Virus record (IMG/VR): IMGVR_UViG_3300037067_006927
Span: 26,121 to 90,120 of that record
Direction: 5' to 3' (one strand)
Source of the DNA: a virus
Taxonomy: Duplodnaviria; Caudoviricetes
DNA length: 64,000 bases
In this document: positions 44,713 through 54,015 of the stretch, piece after piece
Layout: the number at the start of each line of letters is the position of its first letter
Position numbering within the stretch: the first letter of the stretch is position 1
The notes under the pieces: generated by a model
Database searches by the model: none
Seen by the model: only the letters and a program-made list of their open reading frames with translations
Told to the model about the DNA's origin: nothing
Made by a program: the position numbers and the translations under genes

Positions 44713-46809
44713 ATGGGACTCGCTCCGAAGATGATCCGGTGCTCGCCGTGGAATCCGGCGACGCGCATTGCGCCGGCCTCCATCCGCGCCTGGTACGACG
44801 ACACCGCCCCGCACGGATTCGGCAACTGGAACGACCGTCGCGGCGCGGGCCCAGACCTCGGACTGGGCGCTGGCGCACTCACGAGCGGCATCTGCAAGGG
44901 CCGTGTAACCGCGGTGCTCGACGGCGGTGACTGGCTCACTGCCACGTTCGCCAACGTGCAGCCGCTGACCCTGCTGATCGCGGTCAAATGCGGGGTGTGG
45001 ACGGGCGCCACGGTGAATCTGGCGGACGGCACGGGCGGCGATCCGAACCTCGTTCGTCGAGTGGCTGCGAATCAGATCCAGATCAACGCGGGCGCCGATC
45101 TCACCGCGACGTTCGGGAGCTCGCTGTCGAATCGCTGGGTGGTGATCGCGGTTGTGTTCGCGGGCGCGAGCTCTCGGATTTACGAGGACGGCGTCCTGCG
45201 CGCGAGCGGAAACGCTGGTTTCGACGACTCGACGGGGTTCACGCTCGGCGCAAGCCAGGCGGGGGCCCTGCCTCTCATCGGCGAGCTCGGAGAGTGTCTG
45301 GTGCTGAACGTAGCACAGAACGCCACCGTGATCGGCGAGGCGTCGCGGTACATGGCGCGCAAGTGGGATGGCGAGGCAGTCCCCTTCGCGGCCGAGCTCG
45401 CGGCGTACTACCACGTTGACGCGGCGGCGACCGGGTGCACGGTCGTCACGGCGACGGTCACGCGCGACCTGACTGCGTGGACGGCGGACCACGTCACGCT
45501 GACCGACGAGGGGCTCTACCTCTACACGCTCACCGACTCGGCGGATTTGGCGCCGAGGACGCACTCGATCACGAGCCCGGCACCGGCCAACGGCATCCGC
45601 GGCGCCGTCACGGTAGAGCTCGAGGTCACCGGTTGGAATGGTTTGGTGGACTCGCTGCGGTTCGACTACAGCGAGGCAACGTATTGGAGCCTGGACCTGC
45701 TCACGGGCGCGCTGACCGCGACGGGCACGGTGCTGTGGTCGCGCGTCGAGCCACGCATCGGCGGCGGCTGGACGGTGCGGCTCACCTACGTTTGCGGCGG
45801 CACGCCCGCTCCGCGCATCGTGCTCCAGCACGGCGGCGCGGACTACCATGGCGCCGGCACGGGCAGCGCGACGGTGCGCCTCCCGCTGACCAACGGGATC
45901 CGGCAGGTCTACGCATCGGTGATCCCGAATCGTCTCAGCGCGCTCTACCCGATGACGCCGCCCTCCGCGGGTTACTCGCCCAAGTTGTACGACCCGCGCA
46001 CCGACACCTGGCACGGCGAGACGGGGTATCCCGGCGGGTGGTACGGCGGCGAGTTCGAATTCGCGCAGAGCGTCGCTCTCGGCGCGATGTTCACCGGCTC
46101 CGACGTCCCGATCACGACGTGGGGCGACCATCGACCTACGGGCGAGGCGGCTACCATGGACACTGTGTGGGCGCTCGAGGGAACGACGCCGTGGCATCAT
46201 CTGCGGCTAGAAGTACCACCGAACCGCTACGCTTACGCACGGCGACGCGACGATGCGGCGGCTGAGGGTACGAGCGCGACGCGGCTCGTGGCCACAGCGA
46301 CCAACGTGCGTCGCCTCTTCGGCGACTACTTCACCGGAAACTCGCGCCAAATCTACTGGGCCGGAGCTTTGAGCGCCGCGGCCGCGCAGGACGTCGGAGC
46401 GTGCACGTGGTCGAATCTGTCGTGGGGCGGGCAGGGTGGTGACTGGCAGGTGCAAGGCTCGCAGAATTCCCTCTTCGTGGCCCGCGCCTACTACGCCCCC
46501 GGGAGCGCAGAGGACCTCGCCGTCATGGCGTGGCTCAACGAGCGCCACGGCGTGACGCTTGTGACGCTACCCGCGACGCCGCCCCACGCGGGAGTGCTGT
46601 GCACGCTCTCGGTGTCGGTCCCCGCTGGCGTCGCGTGGACGCTCACGCTCGGCGAGCAGGCGGCCGCCACTGGCGTTGGCACGGGTGGCACCGCCGCCGT
46701 CAGTTTCTACCCGCTCCTCGCGTCGCTCGCGAACAACACCGCCATCCTCTCGCTGACGACCGCCCTCGGGCGCGACTCGGCGCGCATTGCGGTCGACCGC
46801 TACGTGTGA
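44713..46809 (+). CDS. tail fibre/adhesin with LamG/concanavalin-like domains
   Basis: AWYDD..V..W.DR, VVIAVVFAGASSRIYEDGV, TLGA..IGELGECLV, a second module ending VMAWLNERHG. Confidence 0.75.
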   Translation: MGLAPKMIRCSPWNPATRIAPASIRAWYDDTAPHGFGNWNDRRGAGPDLGLGAGALTSGICKGRVTAVLDGGDWLTATFANVQPLTLLIAVKCGVWTGATVNLADGTGGDPNLVRRVAANQIQINAGADLTATFGSSLSNRWVVIAVVFAGASSRIYEDGVLRASGNAGFDDSTGFTLGASQAGALPLIGELGECLVLNVAQNATVIGEASRYMARKWDGEAVPFAAELAAYYHVDAAATGCTVVTATVTRDLTAWTADHVTLTDEGLYLYTLTDSADLAPRTHSITSPAPANGIRGAVTVELEVTGWNGLVDSLRFDYSEATYWSLDLLTGALTATGTVLWSRVEPRIGGGWTVRLTYVCGGTPAPRIVLQHGGADYHGAGTGSATVRLPLTNGIRQVYASVIPNRLSALYPMTPPSAGYSPKLYDPRTDTWHGETGYPGGWYGGEFEFAQSVALGAMFTGSDVPITTWGDHRPTGEAATMDTVWALEGTTPWHHLRLEVPPNRYAYARRRDDAAAEGTSATRLVATATNVRRLFGDYFTGNSRQIYWAGALSAAAAQDVGACTWSNLSWGGQGGDWQVQGSQNSLFVARAYYAPGSAEDLAVMAWLNERHGVTLVTLPATPPHAGVLCTLSVSVPAGVAWTLTLGEQAAATGVGTGGTAAVSFYPLLASLANNTAILSLTTALGRDSARIAVDRYV

Positions 46810-46816
46810 GGTAACC

Positions 46817-47563
46817 ATGGTGGGAATTGGACTGGGGTTGAGGATTGGGAGCGGGGGCGGGAAGAGGTCGCTCTTCAAGGCGCTCGCGGCGCAGTACGGC
46901 GCATTCGCGGCCTACGATGCCGGCTACGGTCGCACGGTGTCCGGCGCGTCGGTGACGGCATGGGCGAACCTGCTCCCCGGTGCGTACCCGTGGGCGCAGC
47001 CCGGGGCGACGACGCTTTGCCCCACGTATGGCGTGGACGCGAAGGGCCCGTACCTGTCGTTTGACGGCGGCGACTACATGATCTGCAACGCGCTTGCCGC
47101 GCTGTTCACAGGGAATAACACGCCGTTCTGGATGTTAGCCGCGATCGACGGTGCAACCCGCGACGCGACCGTCGCGTGCCTACTCTCGATGGCGGACTCT
47201 ACACTGGCGTCCTTCAGTTTCGTCGGCACGTTTCCGAACGCGAGCGCTACCACCGGGAACGCGCAGCGCACCGGAGCGACGAGCGCGGCCATCACGACGT
47301 CCGTAACCGAAGGCGTCGTGACCGACTGGTACAACGGAACGAACCGGCGGCTCATCTGGGGCGCGACCGCGAGCAGTGCACAGGCGCAGTCCGCAAACCT
47401 GACGCTCGCGCTCGGAACGCTCGGTGCATTGCGGTACGGCGCGGTGCCGGCGACGACCTACTATCTCAAGGCCAAGCTTCGTGGACTCATCCTCGGAACC
47501 ACGATCACCGAGGCGAATCTGGCCACGATGGCAGCGGCGATCAAAGCCAAGTACGGGTACTGA
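46817..47563 (+). CDS. LamG-like adhesin/fibre tip protein
   Basis: AAYDAG..VTAWANL, YLSFDGGDYM, LGTLGA, IKAKYGY. Confidence 0.7.
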   Translation: MVGIGLGLRIGSGGGKRSLFKALAAQYGAFAAYDAGYGRTVSGASVTAWANLLPGAYPWAQPGATTLCPTYGVDAKGPYLSFDGGDYMICNALAALFTGNNTPFWMLAAIDGATRDATVACLLSMADSTLASFSFVGTFPNASATTGNAQRTGATSAAITTSVTEGVVTDWYNGTNRRLIWGATASSAQAQSANLTLALGTLGALRYGAVPATTYYLKAKLRGLILGTTITEANLATMAAAIKAKYGY

Positions 47564-47961
47564 TGGCCGACCACATCCACGAGAGTCTCGACGCCCTGGA
47601 AGAGATCGCGCTTGCCGATCTCACGGTGGCCAACTCCGGCGACGAGCCTTTCCCGCGCCGCGGCGTCCCCTACGGTCCCGGCCCGCACGTGGTCGTTCCG
47701 GATGTCTACATCCCGGGTGCGATCGGCTGGGTTGCCCGCCGTGTGACACCGGTTCCGGGGCGCGACGAGGACGTGATCCACTCGGACGCCACCATTCAGG
47801 GCGCCACGCGGGCGGAGCTCCAGCGGCTACTCGCGGACCCGACGATTCCCGGGCCGCGCAAGGCCGTGATCGCGCGCGCGCTGGCTGCGCTGGCGACTGC
47901 GCACCCGAAGGCGCTCTCCGTCTCAGAGGAGAAGACGGACACGAAGTCCTCGCCCCGCTGA
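47563..47961 (+). CDS. hypothetical protein (possible fibre chaperone)
   Basis: TGATG coupling to the adhesin gene. Confidence 0.55.
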   Translation: MADHIHESLDALEEIALADLTVANSGDEPFPRRGVPYGPGPHVVVPDVYIPGAIGWVARRVTPVPGRDEDVIHSDATIQGATRAELQRLLADPTIPGPRKAVIARALAALATAHPKALSVSEEKTDTKSSPR

Positions 47962-48036
47962 CCCCGTAGGCCGTTGCGCGCCCCACCCCCGAGTGCGCAC
48001 CCTTAACTGAGCGCCACGAGGCGCGGAGGAGAGAAC

Positions 48037-48435
48037 ATGGAACAGATCATCATGGGCAATCCCGCTCTGGTCATCGCGATCGTCGCGCAAGCGCTGGCGA
48101 TCATCGGTGTCGTCGTGCGGCTCTACAAGGTGACGACGCCGCTGCATAACTACATCCCGGCGAAGTGGCGCTGGCTGCCCGAGGCGATCGTCGGTACGTG
48201 CGGCACGCTGACCGCGCTCTTGCCGATGGCCCAAGACTGGGTCGCGTTCGGTGAGGGAATCGTCGCCGCTGTCGTGACGTTCGTGGGGTTCGCGGTCGCT
48301 GGGTACCACGCTCCGGAAGAGAAGAGGGGCGACATGCAACTCAGGTACGATATCAACGTCGACCCAGACAGCGTGGAGAATGCAGTCAAGAAGCTCGATC
48401 GACTGATCGCGGAATTGAAGGGAGCCAGCAAATGA
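48037..48435 (+). CDS. putative holin / membrane protein
   Basis: three hydrophobic segments, charged C-terminus, GGAGGAG RBS, start of the lysis region. Confidence 0.55.
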   Translation: MEQIIMGNPALVIAIVAQALAIIGVVVRLYKVTTPLHNYIPAKWRWLPEAIVGTCGTLTALLPMAQDWVAFGEGIVAAVVTFVGFAVAGYHAPEEKRGDMQLRYDINVDPDSVENAVKKLDRLIAELKGASK

Positions 48436-48584
48436 AGACTCGTGATTTCTCCAGAGAAGTTGCGACGGCGGAAGCGCTGTTGCGTGGGGAAGATGCCGGA
48501 CTCACCTACTCCGACGAGAGAGAGCCAGCGTGGTTGTTCGCGCTACGTGCGCTCATTGGGAGAATGGACAAGGTGACCAAATGA
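48432..48584 (+). CDS. small hypothetical protein
   Basis: manually read 50-aa ORF MKTRDFSREVATAEALL...; ATGA overlaps at both ends. Confidence 0.55.
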   Translation: MKTRDFSREVATAEALLRGEDAGLTYSDEREPAWLFALRALIGRMDKVTK

Positions 48585-48952
48585 CGCTCATCCGACTCGT
48601 CCTCGCTCTGCTGATCTCGCTCGTGGCCTCCGGCTGCGCTGGCTCGCTCGAGGCCGCTCGAGCCCGTGGCGTACTCACCAATCCGACGGCATCGGATGGC
48701 TCGGTGGACGCTGTTGCGGCCGCTGCGTCGGAGGACCATTGCCGGCGGCTGTCGCGGACCGAATCCGTGCTCCGGTACACGAGCGCTGGCCTTGCCGTAC
48801 TCGGTGGCGGCTCCGGGCTGGCGACCATTCCTGCCGATGACGGCGTCCAGACCGGGCTCGCGGTGACGGCGGGAATCGCCGCGGTTGGCGCCGTGACGAC
48901 GGGGGCTATTCGGGCCGAGGTGGCGAGCGATTTCACGGAGCTCTGCCAGTGA
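48581..48952 (+). CDS. lipoprotein with two hydrophobic C-terminal helices
   Basis: signal peptide LVLALLISLVASG-C; hydrophobic SAGLAVLGGGSGLA and GLAVTAGIAAVGAV. Confidence 0.65.
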   Translation: MTLIRLVLALLISLVASGCAGSLEAARARGVLTNPTASDGSVDAVAAAASEDHCRRLSRTESVLRYTSAGLAVLGGGSGLATIPADDGVQTGLAVTAGIAAVGAVTTGAIRAEVASDFTELCQ

Positions 48953-49197
48953 AAGCCGTCGACCTCCTCGGCGTGATCGTGGCCACGCTGGTCCTCCTGT
49001 CGGCGTGCGCGCTCCTCTCTGGTATCGCCGGCTGCGCGCGCGAATGCCCGGCGCCGCGCATCCAGCTGATCGAGTTCAGCCAGTGGGACTACGCCTGCGA
49101 TCCGCCAGGCGTTACCAATCCGGTAACGCATGAGTGCGTCTACCCTCCGGACGCGGACGCGGGACCGATGCCGGCGGCGAGCGGGAGTGCGCCATGA
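48949..49197 (+). CDS. small lipoprotein
   Basis: hydrophobic N-terminus with LSA-C / IAG-C lipobox; Cys-rich. Confidence 0.55.
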   Translation: MKAVDLLGVIVATLVLLSACALLSGIAGCARECPAPRIQLIEFSQWDYACDPPGVTNPVTHECVYPPDADAGPMPAASGSAP

Positions 49198-49334
49198 GCC
49201 GCGGCCCGAACGCTCCCGGCACATTGCGCATCGCCGCCGAGTGGCTGTACGGCTACACGGTGGCGCTCGTCGTCGTCGGGTGTTTCGCGATCCAGGATCT
49301 CTGCCGCGCAATGGGACGGGAGTTGCTGCGATGA
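49194..49334 (+). CDS. small membrane protein
   Basis: one hydrophobic segment; ATGA overlaps. Confidence 0.45.
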   Translation: MSRGPNAPGTLRIAAEWLYGYTVALVVVGCFAIQDLCRAMGRELLR

Positions 49335-49675
49335 ACCAGTGGCGCCGGTCCTGGGCTGAATTCTTCCGGGTGCTCACCTTCTACGCGATCGCGATGACGC
49401 TGGTTGCGGCTGCCCTGTCGGTCTGCGGTTGTGGCCCCGCTCCGCTACCGCCAATCGTCCCCGCTGACATCCCCGACGGCGCGTGCCAGGCGGCGCAGGA
49501 CACGCTCGACAGGCTCGGGTGCGAGGAGCGGGCCACGCCGGGCGGGACCCTGTTCGTCGAGGCGTGCGAGGACGCGCGAGGGGACGGCCGCTCGTGGCTA
49601 CCACAGTGCATCGCCAACGTGACGCGGTGCGATCAGGTTGAGGACGCGGCGGCGGGGAAGGTCGGTTGCCCGTGA
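49331..49675 (+). CDS. Cys-rich lipoprotein
   Basis: LVAAALSVCG-C lipobox; C..A...L..LGC...C...C....C pattern. Confidence 0.65.
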   Translation: MNQWRRSWAEFFRVLTFYAIAMTLVAAALSVCGCGPAPLPPIVPADIPDGACQAAQDTLDRLGCEERATPGGTLFVEACEDARGDGRSWLPQCIANVTRCDQVEDAAAGKVGCP

Positions 49676-50481
49676 CCCGTTTCGCTCACCTCCGCGGCGG
49701 CATTGCTCACCCTACAGCTGGCGAGCACGCTCGAGAACGAGCGTCGTTCACGCGCTGGCCATGGGCGGCGGCAATACGCGGTGACGCAGTCGCGCCAATC
49801 CTCCAGACGCCTTCGCGGTGGCAGCGTCAGCAACGGTGGATTGGATCCTGTGGTGGGCAAACCGCGTCCCACATGATCGAGACGGTGTTCCCCGACATTC
49901 CTCGCGCTTCGGCGGCGGACATCTGGCGCGGGGCCTGGCGGAGAGAAGGCGGAGACATCCACGACCTGGATCACGGCACCCGCTGGCCAGCCATCGCCGA
50001 GGAGCTCGAGCGGCGCGGGTGGGATGACTACACTTCCGGCGAGGACACGCGAGAGAGCGAGCTCGGGAAGACGACCATTCCCGCGGGCGACAACCTCCGC
50101 GACGAGATGCGCGCAGCCGACCGCCGTGGCCTCGTTCGCATCCACTACCTGGACGGGCTCGACGATCTCGACGACGCGCTCGCCGCCGGTGCCGGGTGCG
50201 CCTTCTCGACGGGTACGCGCGACGCCTTCGACGATCTCGCGTTCAACGAGGTCGCCACAACGGAGCATCTGGGCGGTAACACCGGTGGGCACGCAATGGC
50301 TCTAATCGGTCGCATCATGGCCGACGGTCGGCGGCGCTACATCGTGGCCAACTGGTGGGACACGCCGAAGACCACATGGGGCGGATGCACCGTCGAGGGG
50401 CTCGCGTTGCCCGGCCACTGTCTTGTCGATGAGTCGGTGATCAGGAACGCCTGGCATCTGGTCGCGATGACTCGCCGGTGA
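49672..50481 (+). CDS. papain-like (C1) cysteine peptidase
   Basis: Q..IGSCGG (oxyanion Gln, catalytic Cys), GGHAMALIG (His), YIVANWW..WG (Asn). Confidence 0.75.
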   Translation: MTRFAHLRGGIAHPTAGEHARERASFTRWPWAAAIRGDAVAPILQTPSRWQRQQRWIGSCGGQTASHMIETVFPDIPRASAADIWRGAWRREGGDIHDLDHGTRWPAIAEELERRGWDDYTSGEDTRESELGKTTIPAGDNLRDEMRAADRRGLVRIHYLDGLDDLDDALAAGAGCAFSTGTRDAFDDLAFNEVATTEHLGGNTGGHAMALIGRIMADGRRRYIVANWWDTPKTTWGGCTVEGLALPGHCLVDESVIRNAWHLVAMTRR

Positions 50482-50519
50482 AGTGGCGCGGAGTGTGAGC
50501 CAGTGGTTACGGAGAGAGC

Positions 50520-50591
50520 ATGAACGACGAGGCGATCGTGTGGCTGGGCGTCGTCCTGCTCGGGCTGTGGACGTGCGGGAGGGCGTGGTGA
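50520..50591 (+). CDS. 23-aa membrane peptide
   Basis: MNDEAIVWLGVVLLGLWTCGRAW with GGAGAGAG RBS; GTGA-coupled to the MTase. Confidence 0.4.
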   Translation: MNDEAIVWLGVVLLGLWTCGRAW

Positions 50592-51307
50592 GGCCCATCT
50601 TCCGCTTCTTTGGCAGCAAATGGTCGCTGGCGCCGCACTACCCGCCGCCGCGGTACCCGGTCATCTTCGAGCCATTCGCCGGCAGCGCTGGATACTCGAC
50701 GCGATACTACCAGCGGCAGGTCGTACTGGTTGAAAGCGACCCGAAGACCGCGGAGCTGTGGCGCTGGCTCATTGCCGCCAAGCCGGATGACGTGATGGAA
50801 CTGCCACTGCTCGAGCCAGGAGAATCGATCCCGGAATCGGTCACCGGCGGGGCGCGGTGGCTGATGGGGTTCTGGTGCGCGCGGTCATCCAGCAGCCCGC
50901 AATCGAAGCTGATTCCTTCTGCTGCCGAGCCCTGCCCTACGTCGTTTTGGTGCGCCACCATCCGAGAGCGCGTATCCAGATCCGTCCAGTTGATAAAGCA
51001 CTGGACCATCATCGAAGGCGACTACACCGACGCGCCCGACGTCGAGGCAACGTGGTTCATTGATCCGCCGTACACGGGAGCCGGACGCTTCTACACGCAT
51101 GGGAGCGGGTCGATTGATTTCGCGCAACTCGCCGATTGGACTCGCTCCCGTCGTGGTCAGGTAATCGCCTGCGAGAACGTCGGCGCCGATTGGCTTCCGT
51201 TCAGGCCATTCCGACGGGGGCACGCGGCAACTCGCGGAGGAGCAGGACGAACCACTGCCGAAGCCATCTGGACGAGTGACCCGCCGCGCCAGGGGGTATT
51301 ACTATGA
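50588..51307 (+). CDS. DNA adenine methyltransferase, alpha (Dam/D12-like) class
   Basis: FFGSKWSLA, EPFAGSAG (motif I), FIDPPY (motif IV). Confidence 0.88.
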   Translation: MRPIFRFFGSKWSLAPHYPPPRYPVIFEPFAGSAGYSTRYYQRQVVLVESDPKTAELWRWLIAAKPDDVMELPLLEPGESIPESVTGGARWLMGFWCARSSSSPQSKLIPSAAEPCPTSFWCATIRERVSRSVQLIKHWTIIEGDYTDAPDVEATWFIDPPYTGAGRFYTHGSGSIDFAQLADWTRSRRGQVIACENVGADWLPFRPFRRGHAATRGGAGRTTAEAIWTSDPPRQGVLL

Positions 51308-51822
51308 GCTGGTCGACGATCCTCGCCGTGATGCTCGCCCAGCCGACGTGGCACGGCGACCTGGCCGAGACTCCCGAGCAACGCGCCGACCTGCTGCGAC
51401 CGGTGGCGATGGCCATCGAGCTGGCGACCGAGGACACGACCGAGCAGGCGGCGCTCGTGGCGCTCGGCTGGCATGAGTCTCGGTGGGCGAGATACGTCGT
51501 GTCCGGTCACTGCTCCGATGGGCCCTCCGGTGTTCGGTGCGACAACGGGCAGGCTCGGCACCCGTGGCAGTTGCACCGCTCCGCTTGCCCGTCTGCCTGG
51601 GCTCTCGCCGAGGACGACCCTCGTGCCCTGGAGCGGTCGGCAGCCTGCGCCGTCCGCCTCCTGCGTGGAGCACGGGGCCGTTGCCGAGGGATGCATCCGG
51701 CGGGTGACTGGGCGGGCGCATTTTCTGGGTTCGCGCGCGGAGGTCAGTGCACCTGGGCACCGGCGGCAGGTCGAGCCAGGAGCATGTCGGCGGCGCTGAT
51801 GGCGTTGGAGGCTGACCGATGA
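51304..51822 (+). CDS. lysozyme-like / lytic transglycosylase domain protein
   Basis: ALVALGWHESRW (catalytic Glu in the ES motif), CDNG.A..PWQLH. Confidence 0.65.
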   Translation: MSWSTILAVMLAQPTWHGDLAETPEQRADLLRPVAMAIELATEDTTEQAALVALGWHESRWARYVVSGHCSDGPSGVRCDNGQARHPWQLHRSACPSAWALAEDDPRALERSAACAVRLLRGARGRCRGMHPAGDWAGAFSGFARGGQCTWAPAAGRARSMSAALMALEADR

Positions 51823-51947
51823 AGCGTCCAAAGATGAAGTGGATGTACTGCGGCGGATGCTTCCCGGGTCGTTTCGGAAACCGCGGATACCGTCGCGCGT
51901 TGCGTAGATTCCTGGCGCGCGGGATGCGGCTGGAGTCCTCCCCATGA
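51819..51947 (+). CDS. small basic protein
   Basis: manually read 42-aa ORF MKRPKMKWMYCGGC...; ATGA overlaps at both ends. Confidence 0.4.
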   Translation: MKRPKMKWMYCGGCFPGRFGNRGYRRALRRFLARGMRLESSP

Positions 51948-52153
51948 TGTCCCTGCCACGCTCGGTCAAGCGCGGCCGTCGAGTCGTGACGCGCGTGTTC
52001 TCCCGCTCGCGTTCAGGCGGCACCCACAAGGCGAACTGCCGCCAGGCCATGCGCCAGGCCGCCGCTCGCAACCTGCTCCGCGAACTGCGGTGCGGAGACG
52101 ACGACGACCACCGGCACGAGCGCGAGGTGTTCGAGGATTGGGGGCTATGGTGA
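51944..52153 (+). CDS. small basic phage protein
   Basis: Arg-rich, ends EVFEDWGLW; overlapped. Confidence 0.5.
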   Translation: MMSLPRSVKRGRRVVTRVFSRSRSGGTHKANCRQAMRQAAARNLLRELRCGDDDDHRHEREVFEDWGLW

Positions 52154-52422
52154 TCACCTACCACATCGACCTCACCGAAGACCCGGACGTCGGAGGATAC
52201 ACCGCTGAGATACGCGAGCTTCCGGGGTGCATCTCGGAGGGGGAGACGATCGCGGAAGCGCTCGTGCACATCGGCGAAGTGATGGCGGAGTGGGTTGTGA
52301 TCGCAGAGGTGAGAGGGTTCGCGTGCCCGCCTGGCATGACGCGCAATCTCGAGATCGAGTCGGCTGGGCGCGTGGAAGTGGCGTTGAAGGATTTCTGGGC
52401 GGACCCAAAGGCTGACCCATGA
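52147..52422 (+). CDS. hicB: HicB-family antitoxin-like protein
   Basis: EDPDVGGYTAEIRELPGCISEGETIAEAL..I.E is the HicB partial RNase H-fold signature. Confidence 0.85.
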   Translation: MVITYHIDLTEDPDVGGYTAEIRELPGCISEGETIAEALVHIGEVMAEWVVIAEVRGFACPPGMTRNLEIESAGRVEVALKDFWADPKADP

Positions 52423-53066
52423 CCGTCTACGTCCCCCGCCGCGAGTTCGTAGAACTGGCCTACTTCGCAGCCGAGCACGGCTCCCGTGGCACGCGCGTCA
52501 ACGCGCTGGTCACCGAGGGTCGCGACGTCGGCCACTACTCGTCCTGCGGGGACCTCGGCCAGTGCTGCCTCTTTGCTGCCGGCTACCGTGGCCCCGGGCT
52601 CAACCGCAAAGAGGCCGGCGACTGGCGCGTCGGCGCGAACATCTCCGCGCTCTGGAACCTGTGGGCGAAGGACGAGCGCGGGCACTTCACGACCAACCTC
52701 GGGAGCCTGATGCCCGGAGACATCATCCTCCTCGACGGAGACACCGCGTCCGCCCACCTGGCCGTCGCTCTCACGATGTCCGACGACGGCACGGAGCTCC
52801 TCACCGCTGACTATGGGCAGCCGGGTGGCGCGATCCACACGTGCCCGATCAGGAGAACGCCGGGCGAGCCGGTGAAGTTCCGCGGCCGTCGCTGGACGCA
52901 ACACCTACCACTCTCGTCGCTCACGTTCGCGGAGCGCGCTCTCACCGTCGGCGAGTGGGCAGAGGAGCGCGGAGCCCACGACGTGATGCGGCTCTGGTTC
53001 GAGGCTGGGAAGATGGCGGACGAGATTCTGAGCGACCGCGACCTGGCGCGAGTGAACGCGGAGTAA
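52419..53066 (+). CDS. NlpC/P60-CHAP-like cysteine hydrolase
   Basis: YSSCGDL (Cys), LMPGDIILL, AHLAV (His), TADYGQPG. Confidence 0.6.
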   Translation: MTVYVPRREFVELAYFAAEHGSRGTRVNALVTEGRDVGHYSSCGDLGQCCLFAAGYRGPGLNRKEAGDWRVGANISALWNLWAKDERGHFTTNLGSLMPGDIILLDGDTASAHLAVALTMSDDGTELLTADYGQPGGAIHTCPIRRTPGEPVKFRGRRWTQHLPLSSLTFAERALTVGEWAEERGAHDVMRLWFEAGKMADEILSDRDLARVNAE

Positions 53067-53069
53067 GCC

Positions 53070-53834
53070 ATGGGCAACACCACGCTCGGCCTCGACGTCA
53101 GTTCCCACCAGGACCCGTCGTCGGTGGACTGGGTGGCTGCGGCGCGTCTCGGTTACCGGTATGCCGTGATCCGCCTGACCAACGGCGTCGAGCTCGACGA
53201 GCGCGCCCGTGAGCACGCGAAGCGCATCCGTGGCGCCGGACTCGTGCTGGGCGCTTACGCTTTCTGGATTCCTTGGCGCGCACCCGAGCGGCTCGTGTCC
53301 GCGTTCACCGCTGCTGCCGAACTCTGCCAATACGGCCATCCTGGAGATCTGATCCCGTGGCTCGATGTCGAGTCGTGGCAGGGCGCCAGCGGCTACCACC
53401 GAGCCGCGCCCGATTGGAGTGAGCCCGCCGAGCAGACGATCGAATTGCTGTCGCAGTCATTCGGCGGCTGCGCGCTCTACTGCAACGTGAGCGACTGGGC
53501 CGCCATGGGCTCGCCCACCTGGATCGGGCGCTACCCAATCGCCGCCGCTCACTACACCGACAAGCCTGACCCGCTCGTTGCCGGACATCTCCGCTGGACG
53601 TTTTGGCAACACCGCGTGGCGCCCATCCTCGGGGTGAGCGAGCGCCCAATCGACCAGAGCCTTTGCCAGCTACCGCTGCCGACGATCCAGCAGACCGATT
53701 CCGACGAGCCGCGAGATCCAGACCCGCAGCGCGTTGACGTCGGATGGATCCCTGTCGAGTTCGACCGAGACGAGCATTCTCGCCTTCGCAACCGCGCCGT
53801 TGCCCGCGACACCGATCGCGGTCGCTACGGATAA
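53070..53834 (+). CDS. GH25 muramidase endolysin
   Basis: GLDVSSHQ, VDW, IRLTNG, LGAYAF, LDVE, LYC, WTFWQH, IDQ. Confidence 0.9.
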   Translation: MGNTTLGLDVSSHQDPSSVDWVAAARLGYRYAVIRLTNGVELDERAREHAKRIRGAGLVLGAYAFWIPWRAPERLVSAFTAAAELCQYGHPGDLIPWLDVESWQGASGYHRAAPDWSEPAEQTIELLSQSFGGCALYCNVSDWAAMGSPTWIGRYPIAAAHYTDKPDPLVAGHLRWTFWQHRVAPILGVSERPIDQSLCQLPLPTIQQTDSDEPRDPDPQRVDVGWIPVEFDRDEHSRLRNRAVARDTDRGRYG

Positions 53835-54015
53835 CATCGCTCTGCACTGCCGGCGCACGGTCGCGGTTTGTATCCGTGACCACTCGGATCGACACCGAGG
53901 CGGAGCTCCGCGATCGCGTCCGCCGCGCTGAGTAGGCGCCACCACCAATCACCGAGCCAACCCGATCGTCACCTGACGACTCGGGATAGCTGCATTTGCA
54001 ACAGGAGTTTCCCCA

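Noticed and set aside
51944-52153. HicA toxin upstream of HicB
   Set aside because: Only a loose RSGGTH echo of the GSH motif; it lacks the HicA VTVP.H / GTL..I pattern and dsRBD layout.
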